Origin: a bacterium
GTDB taxonomy: Bacteria; Zixibacteria; MSB-5A5; GN15; FEB-12
DNA length: 64,000 nucleotides
Assembly (NCBI GenBank): GCA_043811375.1
Contig: JBDRNJ010000072.1
Location: 137,984-201,983 of the forward strand
Reading direction: 5' to 3'
The notes beneath the pieces are model-generated. The model had not been told where the DNA came from, ran no database searches, and was given only the letters and a program-made list of their open reading frames with translations. Position numbers and translations under genes: made by a program. Shown here in pieces: positions 30,465-39,824 of this stretch (within the stretch, counting starts at the first letter, position 1; the number at the start of each line of letters is the position of its first letter).

Positions 30465-31922
30465 TCAGCTCAGATGATACTTCTTGAGTTTACGGTAGAG
30501 TGTCCGTTCACCTATACCCAGTCTGCGGGCGGCTTCCTTGCGATTACCGCCGGTGTCGGACAGGGCCTTGACGATGAGTGCTCTTTCCATCTGCTCCACG
30601 GTTGTCCCCGGTGGTACCTGGGCTGACTCTGCCGTATCCTGCTCAGCCGGAATTTCGGTCGGGAGGTGAGAGGTAATAATATCTCGCAGCAGGCGAATCT
30701 CGTTGCCCATTGAGAGAATCGCCCGATAGATGAGTTCCTGACCGGCTTCCTCAACCGTGCGGCCGGTGGTAACGGGCAAGTGCACGGCACCGGCGCGCTG
30801 CTCGTCAAGGAAAGTCTCGATATCTTCGGCCTCGACCAGTCCCTCCGGTTTGAGAGCCGCCATACGGTCGGCAAAGTTCTTCAACTGGCGGATATTGCCG
30901 GGCCAGTCATATTTCACCAGGAGTTCCAGGGCTGAGTCAGAGTAGTCCAGGTCTTGACGCCCCGACCAGAAATGCTGCAACAACGGCTGTATGTCGCATT
31001 TTCTCTCCCATAGCGGCGGCAGAACAACCTTAACGACACTGATCCTGAAATAGAGATCCTCACGGAACAAGCGATCGGCGATAGCCTCATTGAGATCACG
31101 GTTGGTGGCCGCGATAACACGTACATCCGTTCTTGACGGCGTTGAGGAACCGACCGGGTAATAGGTACCGTCCTCCAGAACCCGCAGCAGTTTGGTTTGC
31201 ATTGGCGGACTGGTTTCACCTATTTCGTCTAAGAAGATCGTGCCGCCGTCAGCTTTGTGAAAGAGACCCCGGCGTCGCCCCACCGACCCGGTAAAAGCAC
31301 CCTTTTCATGACCGAACAGTTCCGACTCCAGGACTCCCTCGGCCAGGGCGCCACAATTGACAGACACAAAAGGACGGTCGCTGCGAGCCGAGTTTTCATG
31401 CAGAGCGCGAGCCACCAGTTCTTTGCCGGAACCGGACGGACCCACTATCAGCACCGACACCTCGGTGGCGGCAAGGCGTTTGATTGTCTGGCCCACGGCT
31501 TTCATTCGTGGAGACCGGCCGATCATCTTCAACTGTGTCAGCAGGTCTTTGCCATCGAGAATGCGGCCAACGGCTTTTGCGATACCCTGCTGGTCGGCAT
31601 CACGACTGATAACACCATCGATAAAATCGTGGGGCGGTTCCGAATGAATGTCACCGGCGGCCACCATCCAGATTTCGGTCAGTCCATAGTAACGGCGAAT
31701 CTTGGCCGCTACGGCCCGCTTGAGATCTGAACGACTTTCATCGACCAGGATCAGGTCGATCCGATTCTCTCTGACCAGATGGTAAAGTTGCGATAACTCG
31801 GTGACGACTTGTCCGACAGCCGTCCAGTCGATGAGGTCATCGGTCACCTCCTGAGCGTTCAGCAACACGGCGACTCTTTTTTTTGAACTCCGGCGATTGG
31901 TAGTCTTTTCCAGTTTGTTCAC
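30465..31922 (-). CDS. sigma-54-dependent transcriptional activator (NtrC family) with atypical receiver-like N-terminus
   Basis: The AAA+ domain has Walker A GPSGSGKELVARALH, the GAFTGS loop (EKGAFTGSV) and an ESELFGHE-type motif. A C-terminal Fis-type HTH (NRKEAARRLGIGERTLYRKLKKY) is present. The N-terminal ~120 aa is receiver-like (..DLILVDES..) but lacks the usual acidic DD pair after strand 1. Confidence 0.88.
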   Translation of the reverse strand: MNKLEKTTNRRSSKKRVAVLLNAQEVTDDLIDWTAVGQVVTELSQLYHLVRENRIDLILVDESRSDLKRAVAAKIRRYYGLTEIWMVAAGDIHSEPPHDFIDGVISRDADQQGIAKAVGRILDGKDLLTQLKMIGRSPRMKAVGQTIKRLAATEVSVLIVGPSGSGKELVARALHENSARSDRPFVSVNCGALAEGVLESELFGHEKGAFTGSVGRRRGLFHKADGGTIFLDEIGETSPPMQTKLLRVLEDGTYYPVGSSTPSRTDVRVIAATNRDLNEAIADRLFREDLYFRISVVKVVLPPLWERKCDIQPLLQHFWSGRQDLDYSDSALELLVKYDWPGNIRQLKNFADRMAALKPEGLVEAEDIETFLDEQRAGAVHLPVTTGRTVEEAGQELIYRAILSMGNEIRLLRDIITSHLPTEIPAEQDTAESAQVPPGTTVEQMERALIVKALSDTGGNRKEAARRLGIGERTLYRKLKKYHLS

Positions 31923-31998
31923 CTGCTACTTCCCGGTTGCCAAAACGTTTAGAGCTTGACTTAAAAGGTCCATAAGTGCCGTTCCGAACGCCGGAGTG

Positions 31999-32328
31999 GT
32001 CATGCTGAGCGGAGTCGAAGCATGGCAGCTATCGGCTGATTTATGAGTCTCCCAACTTCAGTCTTACTTCCATTACGCTAAAGCAAAATGTGGCGACACC
32101 ACTCACCCTTCGACTCCGCTCAGGGTGACGACATTCGCTGCCTTTCGTTTGTTCGGTTGGGTCTTGGCTCGCCTCCGGGCGAGGTGTAACCCGACCGGAA
32201 ATCCACTTAGTTGCAGCACAAGTCCTTGGGAGATATTCGTCAGGTCACACCCCCGACTTCATCGGTGGCAAGACCTGACGAAACATTATTATGACACAGC
32301 TTGTCCGCTCAGGGTGACGACATTCGCT
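31999..32328. repeat. intergenic repeat family R3 (…ctgagcggagtcgaag… / tccgctcagggtgacgacattcgct)
   Basis: A 25-nt perfect direct repeat tccgctcagggtgacgacattcgct occurs at 32115-32139 and 32304-32328. gtcatgctgagcggagtcgaagcatg (31999-32024) is an imperfect inverted copy of 32106-32129 (cccttcgactccgctcagggtgac). Confidence 0.75.
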
Positions 32329-32360
32329 ACCTTGTGAAACATACTTATGGGACAACCTCT

Positions 32361-34544
32361 TCACTTCCGACCTGTCTTTTTACGACGAGTCCCTGCCGCC
32401 CGTTTACGCCCGTCTTTGCCGGATCGCCGACCTTTGGGAGGCACCACAAAAAGATCAATTCCGCTGTTTATTTTGTCAACCTTGAGCACACCAACCCTGA
32501 TTTTGTCACCCAGTCGGAAACATCGCCGGCTGGCACGACCCACCATCCGATGCTGCTTCTCGTCGAATCGGTAGTAATCGTCATCGATGGTTGACATACG
32601 CACGAGACCTTCGGCACCCATATTGTCGAGCCTGACGAAGAAACCGTATGAAGCGACGCCGGAGATCACACCATCGAACTCATCACCCAGGTGGCGAGCC
32701 ATGTAGGTTGCCTGCTTGACTTTGATGGCCTGACGTTCGGCTGCTTCGGAGGTTCGTTCGGTCTCGGAACAATGCCGACCGGTATGGTCAATCACGGAGA
32801 CTACTCTCCGGGCGAACGCCGGCGGGTACTTCCCGTCCCGCAACCGTCTCAGCAGGCGATGAACCAGCAGGTCCGGATAGCGCCGAATCGGCGAGGTAAA
32901 GTGCGTATAGTGTGTAAAAGCCAATCCGAAATGACCGATATTTCGACGCTGGTAGACCGCTTTCTGCATCGACCGCAGCATCAGCTCATTGATAAAATCT
33001 GATTCCGGCCGGTCTTTGACCTGGTCCAGAAAACGTGCGAAGGCCAGCGGTTTCATATCAGGTGAAACGACAAAGCGATGTCCCAGCCGGGTCATCATCT
33101 CCGAAAAAGCTTCCAGTTTCTCCATGTCCGGTCGGTCATGGACACGATAGAGAAAAGGCTGAGCCTTGCGGAAGACTTCCAGCGCCACCGCTCGATTGGC
33201 CGCCAGCATGAACTCTTCGACCAGCCGATGCGACTCCAGTCGTACGCGACTGCCCAGTTCGAGTACTTCTCCCCGTCGGTTGAGAATGATTTTTGCCTCC
33301 GGCAGGTCAAAGTCCAGCGAGCCGTGTGCAAATCGACGCTTGCTCAGAAGCTTCGCCAGCCGACGCGCTACGGTCAGGCTTTCGGCAACTCGGGCTACCC
33401 GGGAGTTGGCCGTACTGTCGTCAAAGAAAGTCTGTACGTCTTCGTAAGACAACCTGGCTCGGGATTTGATCACGGTGTCATCCAGACGCCATGACAACAT
33501 CTTTCCCCTACGGTCAAAATCGATGAATATGGAAAAGGCTAAGCGTTTCCGGTTCGGTTTGAGCGAACAGACGTCGTTGGAAAGAACCTCGGGCAGCATT
33601 GGAATCACCATCCCCGGCAGATAAACCGAGTTACCCCGCTCAAACGCCTCTTTGTCCAGTTCCGAGCCGGCCGCAACGAAGTACGAGACATCAGCGATAT
33701 GCACTCCCAGACGGAACCCGCCGGTCACTTCCTCAACCGAGACGGCATCATCATGGTCTTTGGCATCGACCGGATCGATAGTGTAGACGCACTCCCGGGT
33801 AAGGTCCAGCCGTCGCTCCATTTCCGACGATGTCATGGTTGCATGGGCAGCTTCCGCCTCGCGCACCACCTGTGCCGGGAACTTCTCCGACAAGCCGAAA
33901 CTCCTTACAACCGACAACATGTCAACACCCGGATCGCCCGGTAAACCCAATCGTTCTTTGACCGAAGCGACCGGATTCTCATACGGGTTGTCCCAGGCAC
34001 TCAACACCGCCACCACTTTCTCGCCGTCGGCTGCGCCGGCCGTTTCGCCCCGTGGGATGTACAAGTCGCGCTGGAATCGCGGGTTATCGGGCCGGACAAA
34101 GCATAGTTGACGACTCTGATGAAAAACACCTATTATGTTCCTGTCAGCCCTTTCCACCACCCTGATCACTGCCGCCGTCTGACGACCACTCCGCTGCCCG
34201 GTGAGGCGCACCATAACCCGATCACCATCCATAGCGGTGGCCATATCAGAAGGAGGAATCATGACATCCTCGACATCCTCCTCTGCCTCGCGCGCCACGA
34301 ATCCAGTGCCGCCGCGCGTGACGGAGATTTCCCCGACCAGAATATCCATGCGAGCGGCCAGACCGATACGGTTCCGCTTGAGTTTGACCAGTTCACCTGT
34401 CTCCAGCAACTGTCGGATCACCTGCCGAAATCGACGATAATCTGATTGCGGAATCTCAAGCGCCGTCGCCAATTCCTTGATCTTCATGGGCCGCTGCGAT
34501 TGCGACCTGATGAAAGCAACTATCTGTTCCGGGTCAAAGGTCAT
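32361..34544 (-). CDS. rnr: ribonuclease R
   Basis: 727 aa. An N-terminal HTH/cold-shock-like region is followed by the RNB catalytic domain (..YTIDPVDAKDHDDAVSVE..) and an S1 domain (..DGVISGVASYGFFVRL..). A Lys/Arg-rich C-terminal tail is typical of RNase R. Confidence 0.92.
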   Translation of the reverse strand: MTFDPEQIVAFIRSQSQRPMKIKELATALEIPQSDYRRFRQVIRQLLETGELVKLKRNRIGLAARMDILVGEISVTRGGTGFVAREAEEDVEDVMIPPSDMATAMDGDRVMVRLTGQRSGRQTAAVIRVVERADRNIIGVFHQSRQLCFVRPDNPRFQRDLYIPRGETAGAADGEKVVAVLSAWDNPYENPVASVKERLGLPGDPGVDMLSVVRSFGLSEKFPAQVVREAEAAHATMTSSEMERRLDLTRECVYTIDPVDAKDHDDAVSVEEVTGGFRLGVHIADVSYFVAAGSELDKEAFERGNSVYLPGMVIPMLPEVLSNDVCSLKPNRKRLAFSIFIDFDRRGKMLSWRLDDTVIKSRARLSYEDVQTFFDDSTANSRVARVAESLTVARRLAKLLSKRRFAHGSLDFDLPEAKIILNRRGEVLELGSRVRLESHRLVEEFMLAANRAVALEVFRKAQPFLYRVHDRPDMEKLEAFSEMMTRLGHRFVVSPDMKPLAFARFLDQVKDRPESDFINELMLRSMQKAVYQRRNIGHFGLAFTHYTHFTSPIRRYPDLLVHRLLRRLRDGKYPPAFARRVVSVIDHTGRHCSETERTSEAAERQAIKVKQATYMARHLGDEFDGVISGVASYGFFVRLDNMGAEGLVRMSTIDDDYYRFDEKQHRMVGRASRRCFRLGDKIRVGVLKVDKINSGIDLFVVPPKGRRSGKDGRKRAAGTRRKKTGRK

Positions 34545-34585
34545 TACCCGAATATATTAAGACGAAATTAAACCCAGTCAAGCAA

Positions 34586-34607
34586 GAATGGCAGAATTAT
34601 GCCATTC
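34586..34607. promoter_or_regulatory. perfect 8-6-8 palindrome (gaatggca-gaatta-tgccattc), candidate operator
   Basis: Seen directly in the divergent intergenic region between rnr and the first dockerin-tagged beta-helix gene, about 100 nt upstream of the putative -35 box. Confidence 0.3.
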
Positions 34608-34708
34608 TGACAGATTATATTTCATCACACTCCAGCTACAAACTGCGGACCGGGTGGATTTAACTCTCCTAAGATACTGTAAGACAACGAACAACCGAGA
34701 ATTATCGC

Positions 34709-34736
34709 TTGACACGGCTTTGCAGAATGATATATT
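34709..34736 (+). promoter_or_regulatory. sigma-70-like promoter candidate for the 34791 operon
   Basis: TTGACA (34709-34714), a 16-nt spacer and TATATT (34731-34736), lying 55 nt upstream of the ATG. Confidence 0.45.
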
Positions 34737-34790
34737 GTTGATGGATAAGGAAGTTCAGATCTATTTACACTGTCTGAAGGTTAACTACAA

Positions 34791-37190
34791 ATGAATCGTT
34801 TGATGTTTATTGTGGTGCTGGCTGGCTGTATGACCGGTCTGGGGATTACGGTTTCTGCGAGTGTGATTCATGTTCCCGGTGATTCGGCCACTATTCAGGC
34901 GGGAATCAACGGTGCGTCGACGGGCGACACCGTGTTAGTTGCCGACGGCACCTATACCGGAGTTGGGAACCGTGACCTTGATTTCATGGGCAAGAACATT
35001 GTCCTGAAGTCTCAAAACGGCCCGGAAGTTACGATTATCGACTGTCAGGGTGATTCGCTTGACGAGCACTTTGGGATAATTCTTGAGAATGGCGAAGACA
35101 CTACCGCCACTATAGAAGGTTTTACTATTACCAACAGCTATGTCATAGAGTGGAAGTCAGGCGCCATCTGGATGAAGGATGCCTCGGCGACTGTCAGGAA
35201 CTGTGTTGTTACCGGCAACCATGGTAAGGGTATTTATCACGATTTCGCTTTGAATCGCACGTTTCTGCTGTATGACTCCAAGATCAACAACAACAGCGGC
35301 ACGGGATTCTGGAGCGAGGCCTGGATCACAATTGTATCCGGGTGCGAGATTTCGTTCAACGGCCAATACGGCATGAACTGGTCTTCGTGGAACAAGCTGG
35401 AATTATCCGACTGCCTGTTTGAAGGCAACGCTGATGACGGCCTGTTTATCTGGACCTCCGGCCCTGATTTTCACGTTTACAACTGCACGTTTGTCGGCAA
35501 CGGCAACGGGATGTCTTACGAATGGAACTTTCCCAAAAGTGGTGACGGAACCGCCGGGACATCGAGGGTGACATGCGTCATTGAGAACTGTCTCTTTGCT
35601 TATAATGACAATGCGGGACTGTCATCATACCATTTCCCCTTCAGCATCAATGTTCACTGTAATAACGCCTACGGCAACGGCACCGCTGACTACGACCTCC
35701 ACCTGGACGAGCCCACCGACACCGCCAACAACATATCTCTGCACCCGCTTTTTTGCGATACTGCTTCCGGCGATTACACTATCGACGCCATTTCGCCCTG
35801 TGCCGCAACCAGCCCGCTCAATCCCTGCGCTACCCTGATCGGCCGCTACGACGTCGGTTGCGCGCTGGTGCCGGATACTGATGGCGACGGCATCGGTGAC
35901 GACGGGGATAACTGTCCGCTCGTTTACAACCCCGGCCAGGAAGATACCGACGGCGACGGTATCGGTGACAGCTGCGACGTCGAGATAGTCTGGTATGTCA
36001 AGGCCGATGGCAGCGGCGATGCACCCACCATCCAGGCCGCGGTTGATTCGGCATCAGACGGTGATACCGTGCTGGTTGCGGCCGGCACCTACACCGGCGT
36101 CGGTAACCGCGCCATTGATCTGAGCGGCAAAGTGCTGGTTGTGATTTCAGAAAGTGGCGCCGGTTCAACGACTGTTGACTGTGAAGCGGTACCCGGCGCT
36201 GCCTTCCTGGTCGTCACCGGCGAGGACTCGCTGACTGTAATCGACGGCTTCACTATAACCGGGGCTCTTGGTGGCTACGACACCGGCGCCGTGGTCTGCC
36301 GGTCGGCATCGCCCACTATCCGCAACTGCATCATTACTCAGAACGAATGCTATGGCTTCATGGGCGATCACTCCTCGGCGATAATCGAAAACTGTGTCCT
36401 CTCACATAATAACTCTGATGGCGTGTATGCGTTTGCGGCCTACCCACCTATCCGGATAACCGGCTGCGAAGTATCGAATAATCTGTACAACGGCGTCTTC
36501 AGCGCCTGGCACGGAATGCTGGAGATGTCCGACTGCCTGGTCACAAACAACGGTGAGCACGGGCTGCTGATTCTCACTTTTGCAGAAGAGTATCATGTCA
36601 CCAACTGTACTTTTGTCGGCAACAAGTACGGAATGACGTTCTGGTTCAACTATCCCAAGGGCAGCTCGGTCCAACCGACCTTCGACAGCGCCGCGGTCAT
36701 GAACTGCATTTTTGCCTTTAACGAAGACAAAGGTCTGACACTTGACCAGACGTTTGAGATCTCGGCCATTGCGCGCTGTAATAATTCCTATGGCAACCCC
36801 GGTGGTGATTACGAGTTCGGTATTCTAGATACCACGATATCGTTCGCAAACTTGTCACTGCACCCGTTGTTCTGTGACACCGCCATCGGCGACTTCACTA
36901 TAGCCGAGGAATCTCCCTGCGCTCCGGCCAACAACTCCTGCGGTGTGCTAATGGGCGTTTTCGGTACTGCCTGCAAATGTTGTCAGGAGCCGGGTGATGT
37001 CGACCACAGCGGCGGCGTCGATGCCGGCGACCTGACCTACCTGGTAGCGTATCTTTTCCAGGGCGGCCCACCACCACCATGTCCGGAGGAGGGTGATGTC
37101 GACGGCAGCGGCACCATGGATGTTGGCGACCTGACGTTCCTGGTGGCTTACCTGTTCCAGGGCGGTGGTCCGCCCTTGCCGTGCCCGTGA
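34791..37190 (+). CDS. secreted protein: two parallel beta-helix modules, thrombospondin-type-3-like Ca-binding repeats, C-terminal dockerin-like module
   Basis: Signal MNRLMFIVVLAGCMTGLGITVSA. There are two homologous modules, each starting ..GDTVLVA.GTYTGVGNR.. followed by repeated ..NC.....N..G.. turns (VRNCVVTGNHGKGIY, IRNCIITQNECYGF). The TSP3-like part reads DTDGDGIGDDGDNCPLVYNPGQEDTDGDGIGDSCD. The C-terminus is CCQEPGDVDHSGGVDAGDLTYLVAYLFQGGPPPPCPEEGDVDGSGTMDVGDLTFLVAYLFQGGGPPLPCP. Confidence 0.8.
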   Translation: MNRLMFIVVLAGCMTGLGITVSASVIHVPGDSATIQAGINGASTGDTVLVADGTYTGVGNRDLDFMGKNIVLKSQNGPEVTIIDCQGDSLDEHFGIILENGEDTTATIEGFTITNSYVIEWKSGAIWMKDASATVRNCVVTGNHGKGIYHDFALNRTFLLYDSKINNNSGTGFWSEAWITIVSGCEISFNGQYGMNWSSWNKLELSDCLFEGNADDGLFIWTSGPDFHVYNCTFVGNGNGMSYEWNFPKSGDGTAGTSRVTCVIENCLFAYNDNAGLSSYHFPFSINVHCNNAYGNGTADYDLHLDEPTDTANNISLHPLFCDTASGDYTIDAISPCAATSPLNPCATLIGRYDVGCALVPDTDGDGIGDDGDNCPLVYNPGQEDTDGDGIGDSCDVEIVWYVKADGSGDAPTIQAAVDSASDGDTVLVAAGTYTGVGNRAIDLSGKVLVVISESGAGSTTVDCEAVPGAAFLVVTGEDSLTVIDGFTITGALGGYDTGAVVCRSASPTIRNCIITQNECYGFMGDHSSAIIENCVLSHNNSDGVYAFAAYPPIRITGCEVSNNLYNGVFSAWHGMLEMSDCLVTNNGEHGLLILTFAEEYHVTNCTFVGNKYGMTFWFNYPKGSSVQPTFDSAAVMNCIFAFNEDKGLTLDQTFEISAIARCNNSYGNPGGDYEFGILDTTISFANLSLHPLFCDTAIGDFTIAEESPCAPANNSCGVLMGVFGTACKCCQEPGDVDHSGGVDAGDLTYLVAYLFQGGPPPPCPEEGDVDGSGTMDVGDLTFLVAYLFQGGGPPLPCP
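36972..37187 (+). other. dockerin-like C-terminal module (paired EF-hand-like loops, Cys-flanked)
   Basis: Two copies of D-x-D-x-S/D-G-x-[VIM]-D-x-x-D-L-x-[YF]-L-V-x-Y-L-F, each followed by P-rich ..PCP, and preceded by CC. Confidence 0.7.
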
Positions 37191-37232
37191 TAAGGCAATT
37201 GACAGCATAACCTTAACTGGAGAGAGAATTCC

Positions 37233-39740
37233 ATGACCCTGGTGAAAGCACTGTCTATTGGCGTCAGCCTGATTTTCGCACTGTCGCACGTAACCTTTGC
37301 CTCGATAATCCATGTCCCCGGTGATTCCGCGACCGTACAAGCCGGTATCGACGGCGCCGGCAGCGGCGACACAGTCCTGGTCGCACCCGGATCATACGTT
37401 GAGAACATCCTTTTCGGCGGTGTGGATATCGCGGTAACCAGTTCGGCCGGTGCCGAAAGCACATTCCTGGAGCCGCTGACAGATGCTCAGCCGATCGTCA
37501 CCTTCAACAGCAATGAGAGTCTCGACTGCGAACTGTCCGGTTTCACGCTCCGCAACAGCGGTGCTTCACCGGCCATTGAAATCACCGGGAGTTCGCCCAC
37601 GGTCCGTGATAATATTTTCTTCAACAACCGCGAGGATGCCTGGAGCGGCGTATCAGTAATTACCATCTATCCCGATGCTGCTCCGAACGTCTGCTACAAT
37701 CTCTTTTACGACAATGACGGACCGGCCGGTATCTCGGTCGCCGGTGCCGCAGCCATATTCAACAACACCATTGTTGACTCCCGCCGCTACGGTATCATAG
37801 TCAACAATGACACTGCTGTTGTTATAAACAATATCATCGTCGCCGCCGGTCAGAGGGCCATAATCGGTTCTGATGTAGCATGGATAGACTACAACAACGT
37901 CTTTGAACCGTCGTCTGGCGGTCCCATTGGACCCAACAGCATATCTGTCGACCCGCGCTTTGTAGACCCCGCCGTGCGCGACTACCGGTTAAGCTACCTG
38001 TCGACCTGCATCAACGCCGGTGTCCCAACACCGCCTTACACTGATCCGGACGGTACACCGGCTGACATGGGTGCTTTTCCCTGGCATTTTGAACCGCCGG
38101 CAGCCGTAGGCATTGCGGTTGATTCCGGCACCCTGACCCCAACCTTCACCTGGACTTTCAGCGACACAGCCGCTACAACCCAGCAGGGTTATGAGCTTGA
38201 GGTCGGCACCGATCTCAACTGGGATGTCACCGAGATGTGGTCGTCCGGGCAAGTGTCGTCCGGGACCGGTTCCGCCCTGTATGGTGGTACTGCCCTTCAG
38301 GACCGCCAACTCTACTACTACCGCCTGCGTCTGGACAACGGCACTACCTGGGGAGCCTGGGTCACCGGCCGTTTCGCCGTTCAGATTGCAGCGTACCAGA
38401 CCATTGCGGTCCCCGGCCAATTGCCCAACATACAGGACGGTATCGACGCTGCTCTGCCTGGTGACACGGTACTGGTAGCGGACGGAACCTACACCGGCCC
38501 CGGCAACCGTGACCTTGATTTCTGGGGGAAGAACGTCATCCTGAAATCGGAAAACGGTCCGGACGTGGCGGTTATCGACTGTCAGGGTGATTCCGCCGTG
38601 CAGCGTCGGGCCTTCCGGGTCCACTATGGAGAAGATTCAACCTGTGTTATCGACGGTCTCACTCTCACCAACACCTACGATGACGGTGATCGTTATTCCC
38701 GGGAGGCGGCTGTTCTGCTCATAGCTTCGGCGCCGACTATCCGCAACTGCGTCATTACTGGCAACACCGGCTGTGGCATTTACGCCGAACCGGCAGCATT
38801 GAGTCTGATTATCGAGGACTGTGTCGTCACTCACAACTCCGGGTACGGCGGCATCTGGGTTGACTGGGGAGTTGTGCGCATTGCGAGTTCGGAGATCGCT
38901 TTCAACAACGGAGCGGGAGCGTTCATTTACTCGGTCGCTTACGACACCACTAAAGTCTCCGATTGCCTGTTCCGGGGCAACGGTGGCGATGGTCTGCGGA
39001 TAATCCAGATGATGATGTGGGAGAAAATCCAGGTCTCAAACTGCACGTTTGTAGGCAATCAGAACGGACTGGTGACCGACTGGGACTGGGCCAAAGGTAG
39101 TCCGGCCGGCGCCTCTGACGATACAACTTCATCGCTTCACAACAATCTGGCGGCCTACAATCGGGGAGCCGGCATCTATCTGGCGGCCCCTTTCGACTAC
39201 TATGTTGAATGCAATAACTCCTTCGGCAATGCCGGCAGTGACTGGGCGGGCCTGGATTTTGGGCACGGGGATCCGTTCGGCAATCTCTCGCTTAACCCGC
39301 TGTTCTGTGACACCACCGCCGGAGATTTCACACTTGACTCCCTGTCACCCTGTGCGCCGGATAACCCTTTGAACCAATGCGGTCAGGTGATCGGAGCCTA
39401 TGGCGTTGGCTGCCAGATCCACGCCGACAGTGACAGCGACGGTATCGCAGATGCTTACGACAATTGCCCGGTTGATCCCAACCCTGAACAGGAAGACACT
39501 GACGGTGACGGCGTCGGCGACGCCTGCTGCTGCGTGGAACCGGGTGATGTCGACCACAGCGGCAGCGTCGATGCCGGCGACCTGACCTACCTGGTAGCGT
39601 ATCTATTCCAGGGCGGCCTACCACCGCCGTGTCCGGAGGAGGGCGATGTCGACGGCAGCGGCACCATGGATGTTGGCGACCTGACGTTCCTGGTGGCTTA
39701 CCTTTTCCAGGGCGGTGGCCCGCCTCTGCCTTGTCCGTAG
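37233..39740 (+). CDS. secreted protein: beta-helix module, Fn3-like module, second beta-helix module, TSP3-like repeat, C-terminal dockerin-like module (paralogue of 34791)
   Basis: Signal MTLVKALSIGVSLIFALSHVTFA. The opening IIHVPGDSATVQAGIDGAGSGDTVLVAPGSY parallels the 34791 protein. The middle part reads TFTWTFSD..QQGYELEVG...LYYYRLRL.NGTTWGAW (Fn3-like). The second half is homologous at DNA level to the first module of 34791 (e.g. 38480-38600 vs 34940-35060). The C-terminal 70 aa are nearly identical to the 34791 tail. Confidence 0.8.
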   Translation: MTLVKALSIGVSLIFALSHVTFASIIHVPGDSATVQAGIDGAGSGDTVLVAPGSYVENILFGGVDIAVTSSAGAESTFLEPLTDAQPIVTFNSNESLDCELSGFTLRNSGASPAIEITGSSPTVRDNIFFNNREDAWSGVSVITIYPDAAPNVCYNLFYDNDGPAGISVAGAAAIFNNTIVDSRRYGIIVNNDTAVVINNIIVAAGQRAIIGSDVAWIDYNNVFEPSSGGPIGPNSISVDPRFVDPAVRDYRLSYLSTCINAGVPTPPYTDPDGTPADMGAFPWHFEPPAAVGIAVDSGTLTPTFTWTFSDTAATTQQGYELEVGTDLNWDVTEMWSSGQVSSGTGSALYGGTALQDRQLYYYRLRLDNGTTWGAWVTGRFAVQIAAYQTIAVPGQLPNIQDGIDAALPGDTVLVADGTYTGPGNRDLDFWGKNVILKSENGPDVAVIDCQGDSAVQRRAFRVHYGEDSTCVIDGLTLTNTYDDGDRYSREAAVLLIASAPTIRNCVITGNTGCGIYAEPAALSLIIEDCVVTHNSGYGGIWVDWGVVRIASSEIAFNNGAGAFIYSVAYDTTKVSDCLFRGNGGDGLRIIQMMMWEKIQVSNCTFVGNQNGLVTDWDWAKGSPAGASDDTTSSLHNNLAAYNRGAGIYLAAPFDYYVECNNSFGNAGSDWAGLDFGHGDPFGNLSLNPLFCDTTAGDFTLDSLSPCAPDNPLNQCGQVIGAYGVGCQIHADSDSDGIADAYDNCPVDPNPEQEDTDGDGVGDACCCVEPGDVDHSGSVDAGDLTYLVAYLFQGGLPPPCPEEGDVDGSGTMDVGDLTFLVAYLFQGGGPPLPCP
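39525..39737 (+). other. dockerin-like C-terminal module
   Basis: CCCVEPGDVDHSGSVDAGDLTYLVAYLFQGGLPPPCPEEGDVDGSGTMDVGDLTFLVAYLFQGGGPPLPCP. By eye it is about 93% identical in nucleotides to 36990-37190. Confidence 0.7.
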
Positions 39741-39824
39741 GTAACCTGACCGGGTAATATCAGACAGGCTGTCATTTCTTAATTCAAGTAACTCTCTCGC
39801 GGCTAAGTTCGCCGACAGTACTGG

